From assembly GCA_016195085.1 (NCBI GenBank), contig JACQAG010000022.1, positions 143,918 through 207,917 on the forward strand: a stretch of DNA of 64,000 nt, in the 5' to 3' direction. This document shows, piece by piece, positions 26,203 to 34,759 of this stretch (positions are counted from its first letter, which is position 1; each line of letters starts with the position of its first letter). The position numbers and the translations under genes are program-made. The notes beneath the pieces are model-generated. The model was not told where the DNA came from. It searched no databases and was given only the letters and a program-made list of their open reading frames with translations. Origin of the DNA: Pseudomonadota bacterium (GTDB taxonomy: Bacteria; Pseudomonadota; Alphaproteobacteria; SHVZ01).

Positions 26203-27486
26203 ATGAAGACGACCCGCTACAAGGATCGAACCCTCAACAATCATCCGCTCCATCCCGAGACGCTGATGATGGGCTATGGCTATTCGCCCAGCCTTTCGGA
26301 AGGCGCCTTGAAGCCGCCGATCTTCCTCACCTCGACCTTCGTCTTCGAGAGCGCCCAGCAGGGCAAGGACTTCTTCGATCTCACCGCCGGCCGCCGGCGC
26401 CCGCGGGAGGGCGAAAAGTCCGGCCTGGTCTATTCGCGCTTCAACAATCCGAACTTCGAGATCCTCGAGGATCGTCTCGCCGTCTGGGACGACGCCGAGC
26501 GCGCTGCGGTCTTTGCCAGCGGCATGGCGGCGATCGCGACCATGATGCTGGCGTTCCTGCGTCCGGGCGACACGGTGCTGCACAGCCGTCCGCTCTACGG
26601 CGGCACCGAGACGCTGATCCGCAATCAGCTGACGCAATTCGGTATCACGCCGGTCGGATTCACCGACGGAACCGACAAGCGGAAGATGGCGGAAGCCGCC
26701 GAGGAGGCGCGCGGCATCGGGCGGGTCGGCTTGATCATGTTGGAGACCCCGGCCAACCCGACGAATGGCCTCGTCGATCTAAAGGCGATGGCGGCCATTG
26801 CCGACTCCTTGGGCAAGAAGCAACGGCACCGGCCGCCGGTCGCGGTCGACAACACGCTGCTCGGGCCGATGTACCAGAAGCCGCTCGAGCACGGAGCCGA
26901 CCTCGCCATCTACTCGCTCACCAAATATGCCGGCGGTCACAGCGATCTCGTCGCCGGCGGCATCTGCGGCTCCGAGGAGCTCATGCGCAAGATCGTGATG
27001 CTCCGGGGCGCGCTCGGGACCCAGCTCGACCCGCATTCATGCTGGATGCTTTTGCGTTCGCTGGAGACGCTGAGCATCAGAACCGAACGGGCGAACGAGA
27101 ATGCGCGCAAGGTCGCAGACTATCTTGAGGGTCATCGAAAGATCGCCGCCGTGCACTATCTTGGCCGTCTCGATGCCGCCGATCCGCGCAAGGCGATCTT
27201 CGATCGGCAATGCACGGCGCCGGGTTCGACGTTCTCCTTCGAGGTCAATGGTGGGGAGAAAGAGGCGTTCCAGTTGCTCGATCGGCTGCGGATCATGAAG
27301 CTCGCCGTCAGTCTGGGCGGGACCGAGACGTTGATCTCGCATCCTGCCTCGACGACCCATTCCGGGGTGGCCAAAGAGCTTCGCGAAGAGATCGGCTTGA
27401 GCGATGCGACCATCCGCATCTCGGTCGGTATCGAGAATCCCGAGGATCTCATCAAGGATTTGGAGCAGGCTCTGGCCGGGGGCTAA
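26203..27486 (+). CDS. Cys/Met-metabolism PLP-dependent enzyme (cystathionine gamma-synthase / methionine gamma-lyase family)
   Basis: PPIFLTSTF, YSRFNNPN, and the PLP-lysine motif YSLTKYAGGHSD. Confidence 0.85.
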   Translation: MKTTRYKDRTLNNHPLHPETLMMGYGYSPSLSEGALKPPIFLTSTFVFESAQQGKDFFDLTAGRRRPREGEKSGLVYSRFNNPNFEILEDRLAVWDDAERAAVFASGMAAIATMMLAFLRPGDTVLHSRPLYGGTETLIRNQLTQFGITPVGFTDGTDKRKMAEAAEEARGIGRVGLIMLETPANPTNGLVDLKAMAAIADSLGKKQRHRPPVAVDNTLLGPMYQKPLEHGADLAIYSLTKYAGGHSDLVAGGICGSEELMRKIVMLRGALGTQLDPHSCWMLLRSLETLSIRTERANENARKVADYLEGHRKIAAVHYLGRLDAADPRKAIFDRQCTAPGSTFSFEVNGGEKEAFQLLDRLRIMKLAVSLGGTETLISHPASTTHSGVAKELREEIGLSDATIRISVGIENPEDLIKDLEQALAGG

Positions 27487-27523
27487 CCCGCATTTGCGGG
27501 TTGGGGACGGCCCGGGTGCCGTC
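27485..27523. terminator. two short tandem hairpins between convergent genes (weak terminator candidate)
   Basis: AACCCGC-ATTT-GCGGGTT (27485-27502) overlaps the TAA stop. GACGGC-CCGGGT-GCCGTC (27506-27523) abuts the Crp-family stop. There is no clear U-tract. Confidence 0.3.
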
Positions 27524-28271
27524 ATTCGGCCGGGTTCAGGCGTTCGATGCAGCGCTCGAGCCGGCAACGGTCGCGCAAGTAGAGCGTCTTGCCTTTGCGA
27601 TGGATCATGCCCTGCTGCTCCAGCAGGGAAAGGACTCTGGCAACGGTCTCGCGCGTGGTTGCCGCGCGCCGGGCAATGTCCTGCTGGGTCGGCACGGGGT
27701 AGACCGACCACAGTCCCGGCGTGGCCGGGTCCTGGCGGGCCATCCGCAGCACTTCCTGCTCGACGCGCTGCACGGCGCCGAGCGTCGCCAGGTCCATGAT
27801 GCGCTCATCGCAGCTTCGGACCACCCGCGCCAGCTGGTTGAGCACGTGCATGGCTACGTCGGGATGCTGCCGCAAGAGCGTCTGGAAGGTACGGGGCGGC
27901 ATCCAGGCCAACAAGCAGTCCGTGTCGGCGACGACCGCCGCCGATCGAGGTTCGCCATCGATGGCCGAGAGCTCGCCGAAAAAGGATCCGGCGCTGAGCG
28001 TGCCATACGCGATCTCGCGGCCGGAGACCGAGTAGTTGACGACGTCGACTTGGCCTTCGACGACGAAGTAAACATCGCGGCAAGCGCTGTCGCGACCGAG
28101 GATCTGTTCACCGCGCCGGTAGCGTCGCCAAGTGGCGGCTCGGTCGAGCTGGCCGAGATCCAACGCCGACAGGCTGGCGAAGGCGGCGATGCCGGCGAGC
28201 CGACTCACGCAGGCGTGCTGGTCCCCTGCACCCGGCGCATCAGCCGGGGGCGCGGCATAATTGAATGTCAT
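27522..28271 (-). CDS. Crp/Fnr-family transcriptional regulator
   Basis: Starts at MTFNYAAP. cNMP-binding-like beta-roll (VYFVVEGQVDVVNYS..GREI..L.AGSFFGELSAIDG.PRSA) and C-terminal HTH (PTQQDIARRAATTRETVARVLSLLEQQGMI). No N-terminal Fnr-type Cys cluster. Confidence 0.8.
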   Translation of the reverse strand: MTFNYAAPPADAPGAGDQHACVSRLAGIAAFASLSALDLGQLDRAATWRRYRRGEQILGRDSACRDVYFVVEGQVDVVNYSVSGREIAYGTLSAGSFFGELSAIDGEPRSAAVVADTDCLLAWMPPRTFQTLLRQHPDVAMHVLNQLARVVRSCDERIMDLATLGAVQRVEQEVLRMARQDPATPGLWSVYPVPTQQDIARRAATTRETVARVLSLLEQQGMIHRKGKTLYLRDRCRLERCIERLNPAE

Positions 28272-28294
28272 TGGATGCCCCCAAGGACGGCCGG

Positions 28295-28576
28295 CTAGTG
28301 GGATCGGCGGGGGGCGGAGCGGCTCCGGCGGGGCTTGGCATACGGCTCCGGCGGGGCGGGCGGCACGCAAGCCTGGGTGATGGTGGCATAGCGCGTGGGG
28401 CAATGCGTCACCGGGTGGCTCTTCAGAAAGCTGGCAATCTCACGACGGGAGCGCGCCAGCTCCTCGGATGACGGACGGTGCGCCGGCGGCAGCTGCACCG
28501 TGCCGAAGGCCAGGTCAGCCTCGAACCAGGGGAGTGCCGCGGAGATCGCATTCTGCGTGTTTGCCCGGATGCCCAT
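28295..28576 (-). CDS. small hypothetical protein (93 aa) immediately upstream of the Crp-family gene
   Basis: ATG 28576 is preceded by an excellent SD (AGGAGGCAAGA-ATG). Third-position GC is high throughout. The product is MGIRANTQNAISAALPWFEADLAFGTVQLPP...SHPVTHCPTRYA... with a Pro/Arg-rich tail. No family recognised. Confidence 0.5.
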   Translation of the reverse strand: MGIRANTQNAISAALPWFEADLAFGTVQLPPAHRPSSEELARSRREIASFLKSHPVTHCPTRYATITQACVPPAPPEPYAKPRRSRSAPRRSH

Positions 28577-28764
28577 TCTTGCCTCCTGTGGAGAGCAGGA
28601 TTGCCCTCGCCCGCCCGAGCTGCAGGAAGCAGGCCACAAGAATGAGCAAGATGATTCAAAGGCTTGAGAAGGCTGGGCAGGGGCAGAGGCGGACGCCGGT
28701 CGGCAGAAATTGCCGGGCGCGGGAATAGGAGGGCCGCCTCGGCCAAAGCCCTCCACCCGCGGCC

Positions 28765-28803
28765 AGAAAGCGAAGCGGCGGCCCCGTTGCCTGGGCCGCC
28801 GCT
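28765..28803 (-). terminator. Rho-independent terminator of the minus-strand binding-protein gene
   Basis: On the minus strand, AGCGGCGGCCC-AGGCAACG-GGGCCGCCGCT (11-bp stem) is followed by TCGCTTTCT. It begins about 33 nt after the stop at 28836. Confidence 0.6.
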
Positions 28804-28835
28804 CGAGCCGGGCAGCGTGCGCTGCCGTTCGGAGA

Positions 28836-30422
28836 TCAACCCTTCTTCGAGATGTTCCAGAACACGAGCACGATCGCCTTCAAGACGCCGTCGAGGCTCT
28901 TCCTGTAGAAGGTCGGTTGGCTGTACTGGCCGGTCAGCGCCAAGGGCTGCACTTCCCAGAGGCGCTTCTGATAGGCCTCGGCGATCTGCTTTTGCTGCGC
29001 CGCCTCCGGTGCCCGAATGAAGCGGTCCAGAAGCTTGTCCGCTTCCTCATCGCAAGGCCAACCGAACCAGTTATTGCCGCCGCATTGCTCGTTGACGGCG
29101 ACGTTCAGGAGCGGATGCGCCATGGATACGCCGCCCCAGGTGGTGTGGAAGATGTTCCAGCCGCCTTGGTCCGGTGGCTCCTTCTTGCCGCGGCGGGTCA
29201 CCACGCCACCCCAGTCGGACATCTGCAGGTCGACATTGGCGCCGATCTGCCGGAGCTTGTCCGCGGTCACCATCGTCATCGCATTGAGCGAGGCGATGTC
29301 CATGGCGCCGATGATTACGATCTTTTCGCCCTTGTAGCCGGACTCGGCCAAGAGCTGCTTGGCCTTTGCCATGTCGGGTTGGCGGTAGGGTTCCGAGCCC
29401 GCCTCGCTGCCATAGGGCGCACCGCACACGAAGTAGGAGAAGCAGGTGCTCCACCACTTCTTGTCGCCGAACCCAGCCTGCAGGTAGTCGGTTTGGTTCA
29501 TCATCGCCGACAAAGCGGCGCGTGCCTTCACATTGTTGAAGGGCGGATAGAGGTGGTTGGGCCGGACCACGCCGACCGCGGGGATGGGCGCGATGACCTT
29601 GAGCTCGATGTCGGCATTCTTCTCCACGATCGGCACGAGGTCGATCGATGGCTGATCCATCAGATCCACCTCATTGGCGCCGAGCGCGGCGACGGCCGTG
29701 TTCGCATCGGGGAGATACTTGTATTCGACCCGATCGACCTTGACGAGCTTGGCGCCGGCCAGACCGTCGGGCGCGTCGCTGCGCGGCACATAGTCCTTGT
29801 TCTTGTCATAGACGACCTTCGATCCGGGCGCCCATTCCGCCTTGTTGAACTTGAACGGGCCGGAGCCGTTGGTCTCGGTGAAGGCGACGAAGGGATCGCT
29901 CTTCGCCTCCTTCTCCGGGAAGACGAAGGCATCAATGCCGGCGATGATGCCGAGCGAGAATTCCACCAGGCCGTAGGCCTCCTTCATCTTGATGGTGAAG
30001 GTCCGATCGTCCACCGGCTCCATGCTGGCCATGAAGGTCTTCAGCTTCTGGCCGACCGCGCCGCGCTTCATCCACCGCTCGAGCGAGGGGATCACGTCCT
30101 TGGTGGTGACCGGGGTGCCGTCATGGAACTTGAGGCCGGGCCGAAGGGTGAAGTTGTAGGTGAGATTGTCGGACGAGACTTTGTAGGTCTCCAGCATCTG
30201 CGGCTTGACATTGAGCTTCTCGTCCATGGCGAAGAGCATGTCGAAGATCGACAGCCCGTGCATGACGGTGATGGTCGCCGTGGTCTGGTTGGGGTCCAGA
30301 ACCTTGAGATCGGCGTGGGGAACGACGCGGATCGTCGTTTGCGCCAGGGCCGGCGCCGACAGCGCGGCCAGCAGCGACGCGGCGAGCGCGGCGCCCCTGA
30401 GCGGGATTTGAGCCTGGGTCAC
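28836..30422 (-). CDS. ABC transporter substrate-binding protein, family 5 (orphan)
   Basis: Signal peptide MTQAQIPLRGAALAASLLAALSAPALAQ, then TIRVVPHADLKVLDPNQTTA and typical family-5 sequence over the full length. Confidence 0.85.
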   Translation of the reverse strand: MTQAQIPLRGAALAASLLAALSAPALAQTTIRVVPHADLKVLDPNQTTATITVMHGLSIFDMLFAMDEKLNVKPQMLETYKVSSDNLTYNFTLRPGLKFHDGTPVTTKDVIPSLERWMKRGAVGQKLKTFMASMEPVDDRTFTIKMKEAYGLVEFSLGIIAGIDAFVFPEKEAKSDPFVAFTETNGSGPFKFNKAEWAPGSKVVYDKNKDYVPRSDAPDGLAGAKLVKVDRVEYKYLPDANTAVAALGANEVDLMDQPSIDLVPIVEKNADIELKVIAPIPAVGVVRPNHLYPPFNNVKARAALSAMMNQTDYLQAGFGDKKWWSTCFSYFVCGAPYGSEAGSEPYRQPDMAKAKQLLAESGYKGEKIVIIGAMDIASLNAMTMVTADKLRQIGANVDLQMSDWGGVVTRRGKKEPPDQGGWNIFHTTWGGVSMAHPLLNVAVNEQCGGNNWFGWPCDEEADKLLDRFIRAPEAAQQKQIAEAYQKRLWEVQPLALTGQYSQPTFYRKSLDGVLKAIVLVFWNISKKG

Positions 30423-30693
30423 GGGGGGAAGCTCCCTGTTTTGTGGTTACGTGGCTAGTTTTGGCCGGCGGGGCGATTTCCGCAAGGCGTCTCTTAGGCG
30501 GTGGTTGCCCATCCGCGGCCTTGCTTGCGCCGAAGCCTGGGATTGTGGACACTCGGCCGCCGTCCAAGGGGGTTCCTGCCCCGCGACACGGCCGCCGGTC
30601 CGAGCCGTAGCCCGCGCGCAACAGCAGGCATGGGTCCGTCGCGGCGCCCACCCTTGCAGGCTTCTTGAGCCGCGCCAGCCGCATGAGTGACCC

Positions 30694-31893
30694 ATGAATT
30701 CCAGGCTCGCCCGGGCCCACAGCATCGCCGATCTGCGCCAGATGGCGCGCCGGCGTCTGCCGAAGCCCATCTTTGACTTCGTCGACGGCGGCGCCGAGGA
30801 CGAGGTCTCGCTTCGTCATAACCGCGCCGTGTTCGAGCGCGTGCGCTTCCGCGCCCGCACCGTGGTGGACGTGGCGAAGCGGTCCCAGTCGGTCGACCTC
30901 TTCGACCGGCCTTCGGCAAGCCCGTTCGGCATCGCGCCGATGGGCGGTCTTGGCCTGCTGTGGCCGGAGGCGGAGATCCAACTGGTGCGAGCCGCATCCG
31001 CCGCCGGCATTCCCTTCGTGCTCAGCACCGCCTCGAACACCTCGCTCGAGCGGGTGGCGGAGCATGCCGGTCAGGCGCGGCTGTGGTTCCAGCTCTACAC
31101 GCTCAATGACCAGAGGGTTAACTTGTCGCTGATCAGGCGCGCCGCGGCGGCTGGCTACGAGGCGCTGGTCGTCACCACCGACACCAACATGTTTCCCAAA
31201 CGCGAGCGCGACCGCCGCAACCAGTTCACGCTCGCCTTGAAGAAGACGCCCGGCAATGTCTTCAACATCCTCCGCCATCCGAGCTGGCTCTACCGTGTCG
31301 GGATGCGGCCGGGCCTCGGGCGCATGGAGAACCTGATAGGCGAGGTCGAGGGCCCGACCGATCCCGCCAAGCTGGTCGCTTACTTCATGTCGCAGCGAAA
31401 TCCGACCCTCGACTGGGACTTTCTACGCCCGCTGCGCGAGGCTTGGAAAGGCCCGATGCTGCTCAAGGGCATCATGAGCAAGGAGGAGGCGATCCGAGCG
31501 GCCGACTTCGGCATGGACGGCGTGATCCTCTCCAATCATGGCGGCCGCAACCTCGATAGCGCGGTCGCGCCGTTCGAGATTCTGCCGGAAATCGTCGATG
31601 CCGTCGGAGCGCGACTGACCGTCTGCTTGGACAGCGGCTTCCGACGCGGCAGCGACGTGCTGAAGGCAGTCGCCATGGGCGCGCGGATGGCCTTTCTCGG
31701 CCGCCCCGCCGCTTTCGCCGTCGCCGCCGCCGGTCCGGCGGGGGCGGAGCACCTCGTGGCCTTGCTCAAGGACGAGATCGATCGCGTCCAGGGCTATCTC
31801 GGCTGCCCGACCCTCGACATGCTCGACCGCAGCTATCTCTGGTGCGACGGCCTCGCCGCCGGCCGCTTCCACGCCTGGGGAGAGAATTCATGA
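30694..31893 (+). CDS. FMN-dependent alpha-hydroxy-acid dehydrogenase/oxidase (LldD / glycolate oxidase / mandelate dehydrogenase family)
   Basis: IADLRQMARRRLPK..FDFVDGGAEDE, LVVTTDT, ILSNHGGRNLD, and DSGFRRGSDVLKAVAMGA. Confidence 0.85.
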   Translation: MNSRLARAHSIADLRQMARRRLPKPIFDFVDGGAEDEVSLRHNRAVFERVRFRARTVVDVAKRSQSVDLFDRPSASPFGIAPMGGLGLLWPEAEIQLVRAASAAGIPFVLSTASNTSLERVAEHAGQARLWFQLYTLNDQRVNLSLIRRAAAAGYEALVVTTDTNMFPKRERDRRNQFTLALKKTPGNVFNILRHPSWLYRVGMRPGLGRMENLIGEVEGPTDPAKLVAYFMSQRNPTLDWDFLRPLREAWKGPMLLKGIMSKEEAIRAADFGMDGVILSNHGGRNLDSAVAPFEILPEIVDAVGARLTVCLDSGFRRGSDVLKAVAMGARMAFLGRPAAFAVAAAGPAGAEHLVALLKDEIDRVQGYLGCPTLDMLDRSYLWCDGLAAGRFHAWGENS

Positions 31894-33305
31894 CGGGCGG
31901 GCTCAAGGCCGGGGTCGGCCGCGCCGATATCACCCCGCCCGTCGGCATTGCCCATGTCAATTGGGGTGCCAGGACGCATGATCGCGCCGAAGGCATCGAC
32001 TTGCCGCTGTGGCTGACCGTTCTTCTGCTGGCCGAAGGACGAGAACGGATTGCCATCGTCGATGTCGATCTCGGCGTCGTGCCGACCGAGGACTGCGAGG
32101 AATTCCGCCAGATCGTGGCCGAAGAAGCGAAATGCGCTCCCGCCGATGTGCGCATCTCCTACGGCCACACCCATGCGGGGCCGAGCTGGGAGGTCGGTCG
32201 GTTCGGCGCTCAGGAGGAGCTGCCGGGCATGGAATTGGTGCCGGCCTACCGCGAGTCGGTGCGAGCCGGGCTGAGGGCGGCGACACAGACGGCGGCGGCG
32301 GCGCTGCGTCCGGCCCGCATCGCGGCCGGATACGGAAAGAGCGACGTGTCGGTCAATCGCCGGCTGCGCACGCCCGAAGGCCGGACCGTCGTCGGCCAGA
32401 ATTGGGATGGCTACTCCGATCAGACCGTGACCGTGGTCAGGATCGACGACAACGAGGAGAATCCGATCGCGAGCCTGGTCGGATTCGGCACGCACCCGAT
32501 CATTCTTGCGCACGAGAATCGGCTGATCAGTCCCGACTATCCGGGTGTGGTCAAGCGCACCATGGAGGAGCTGGTCGGCGGCACCTGCCTATTTCTGCAA
32601 GGCTGTGCCGGGGATCAAATGCCGGTCGAGGGATTGACGGCCGATCTGGGAGCGCCACGACGGATCGGCAAGCGCCTGGGCGCGGAGGCGGCGCGGGTTT
32701 GCCTCGGCCTACGCACCCGGCCCACGCAAAGGCGCTTCGATCGGGTGGTTGAGTCCGGCGCGCCACTCGGCATCTGGGTCAATGATCCGTTGCCGGAGAC
32801 CGAGCCCGTTCTCCGCGCGCTCTCGCGCAAAGTGGCGCTGCCGGTGCGCAACTATGGTTCGAGCCAGGCGCTGGGAGCGGAGGCGGAGAAATGGGCCGCG
32901 GCTTCCGGCTCGATTGACCGCTCGCGGGCAACGCCGCAAGAGATTGCCGAAGTGAACTTCCGGGCGAAGCGTGCCGCCATGGACGCCCATTGGGGCGAGC
33001 TCTGCAGCGGCCGGACCCAGGTCGAGGTCGAGCTCCACGGCATCCGGCTTGGGCCCGTGGGCCTGATCGGTGCGCCGCTCGAGCCCTTCGCCAGGCTCGG
33101 CGCCGAAGTCCGCCAAGCCTCGCCGCTACCGGTGACCCAGCTTGCCGGCTACACCAATGGCTGGGAGGGCTACGTCGCCACGCCGGAGGAATTTCAATCC
33201 GGCGGCTACGAGGTCGAATGGGCCACGCCCTACGCGCCGACTGCCGCATCGACTCTGGTTAACGCCGCCCTAGCGATGCTCCGCGATTTGGCCGCTTCGG
33301 GCTGA
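31890..33305 (+). CDS. neutral/alkaline ceramidase-like hydrolase (N-terminal domain family)
   Basis: ATGA overlap with the preceding gene. LKAGVGRADITPPVGIAHVNWGARTHDRAEGIDLPLWLTVLLL...IAIVDVDLGVV follows the pattern at the start of bacterial neutral ceramidase homologues. Confidence 0.55.
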   Translation: MTGGLKAGVGRADITPPVGIAHVNWGARTHDRAEGIDLPLWLTVLLLAEGRERIAIVDVDLGVVPTEDCEEFRQIVAEEAKCAPADVRISYGHTHAGPSWEVGRFGAQEELPGMELVPAYRESVRAGLRAATQTAAAALRPARIAAGYGKSDVSVNRRLRTPEGRTVVGQNWDGYSDQTVTVVRIDDNEENPIASLVGFGTHPIILAHENRLISPDYPGVVKRTMEELVGGTCLFLQGCAGDQMPVEGLTADLGAPRRIGKRLGAEAARVCLGLRTRPTQRRFDRVVESGAPLGIWVNDPLPETEPVLRALSRKVALPVRNYGSSQALGAEAEKWAAASGSIDRSRATPQEIAEVNFRAKRAAMDAHWGELCSGRTQVEVELHGIRLGPVGLIGAPLEPFARLGAEVRQASPLPVTQLAGYTNGWEGYVATPEEFQSGGYEVEWATPYAPTAASTLVNAALAMLRDLAASG

Positions 33306-33319
33306 GGCGAGGCCGCGTG

Positions 33320-34294
33320 ATGGGGTATTTCCTCGGAGCCTATGCCGCCTCGCCCTGCGGCTCGCAGTGGAGCGAGGCGGCGGAAGGCGCCTATTTCGAC
33401 GGGTTGCGGCGCTTGCCGACGCTGCGCGGCCTCGAAGTTCCATTCACCGGCCGCCTGCATCGACATGACGAAGCGTGGTTCTTGACACACATCGACCGGG
33501 CTTGGGATTTCGTCGTGACCTGCATACCCGGCACCATGGAAGCCCTGCAGTCAAATCCGCATTTCGGTCTCGCCTCGGAGTCCGGCGCCGGCCGACAGGC
33601 GGCCCTGGCATTTGCCGCCAGCGCGCGCGACGCCGTCACGCGCCTCAACGGGCATCTCGGTCGGACTGCAGTTGTCGCCGTCGAGCTTCACTCGGCCCCG
33701 AGCCCGGCCGCTTCCGGCGTCCGCTCATCGGCCGCTTCCTTTACCCGCTCGCTCAGCGAGATCCGGTCATGGGATTGGCAAGGTGCGGGCCTTGTTGTCG
33801 AGCACTGCGACGCCTTCAGGCCGGGCCGGCCGTACATCAAGGGCTTCCTCGGCCTGGAGGAGGAGATCGACGCCGTGACCCGCGCCAATGCCGGTTCCGC
33901 CCTACGCATCGGCATCGCCGTCAATTGGGGCCGTTCGGTTTTAGAAATGCGGGAGCCGGCGACCGCGCTTCAGCATATTCGCCGCCTGCGCTCGGCCGAT
34001 CTTCTGAGCGGGCTCATCTTCTCGGGTTGCGGGGCTGTCGCCGGCCCCTATGGCGCCTGGCAGGACACCCATATGCCCCATGCGCCGGCGCCCGGGATCG
34101 AGTATGGCGCCGAAGGCTCGCTGATGACGGAGGCCGAGATCGACCGATCGCTCGCCGCCGCGGTGCCGAGCGCGCTTGCGTTCCTCGGCGCCAAGATCGC
34201 GGTCAGGCCGGAGGGTGTCGCCGTCGCTGAGAGGGTCGGATTCTGCCGCGATGCGCTGGCGCTGATCGATCGTCACCTCGCTGTGGCGGCGTGA
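33320..34294 (+). CDS. conserved hypothetical protein (possibly DUF4862-type; name from memory only)
   Basis: 324-aa ORF in the operon position 15 nt after the ceramidase-like stop, with coding-like composition. No catalytic motif recognised. Confidence 0.45.
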   Translation: MGYFLGAYAASPCGSQWSEAAEGAYFDGLRRLPTLRGLEVPFTGRLHRHDEAWFLTHIDRAWDFVVTCIPGTMEALQSNPHFGLASESGAGRQAALAFAASARDAVTRLNGHLGRTAVVAVELHSAPSPAASGVRSSAASFTRSLSEIRSWDWQGAGLVVEHCDAFRPGRPYIKGFLGLEEEIDAVTRANAGSALRIGIAVNWGRSVLEMREPATALQHIRRLRSADLLSGLIFSGCGAVAGPYGAWQDTHMPHAPAPGIEYGAEGSLMTEAEIDRSLAAAVPSALAFLGAKIAVRPEGVAVAERVGFCRDALALIDRHLAVAA

Positions 34295-34349
34295 GGCGAG
34301 GCAGAGGCCGCGAACCAGCGACCGCGACGCGGGGAAATTGGCGCTCGGC

Positions 34350-34646
34350 CTAGAGAACGCGGTGCAGCAGGCTCTCGGCGATGGCGCACCATTCCTCGTC
34401 CAGCGTGGTCGTCGCCGGTTTCTTCTTCGCCCGACGATACCAGTGGCCGGCGTTCTGAGGGTCGCCTTCCTTGCGATGCAGATAGGCGTGCACCCAGGCT
34501 CCGATCTCGTCGTCCTGGGCTTGAGCGCAGACATGGGCCTTGTCCCAATCGCCCTTGGCATCCCACCACAGGGCCTCGATCGCAGAGCCGAGGCCCGATG
34601 GCGGCATGCCGCGCGCGGTCGATTTCTTGAAGGCTGCAAGATCCAT
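34350..34646 (-). CDS. small conserved hypothetical protein (98 aa)
   Basis: Complete ORF with ATG. The segment WWDAKGDWDKAH...GAWVHAYLHRKEGDPQNAGHWYRRA resembles a widespread small helical protein family. No function known to me. Confidence 0.5.
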   Translation of the reverse strand: MDLAAFKKSTARGMPPSGLGSAIEALWWDAKGDWDKAHVCAQAQDDEIGAWVHAYLHRKEGDPQNAGHWYRRAKKKPATTTLDEEWCAIAESLLHRVL

Positions 34647-34759
34647 TTGCGTCTCCTCGCTTTGCCCGACGGAATTCTGGCACGAAAACGCCCGGCCGCG
34701 GGATTCCTGTGCCTTCGGCTGATGCCGGGCTATTTTGGCTGGTTCGCAGGGGAGGGCTC

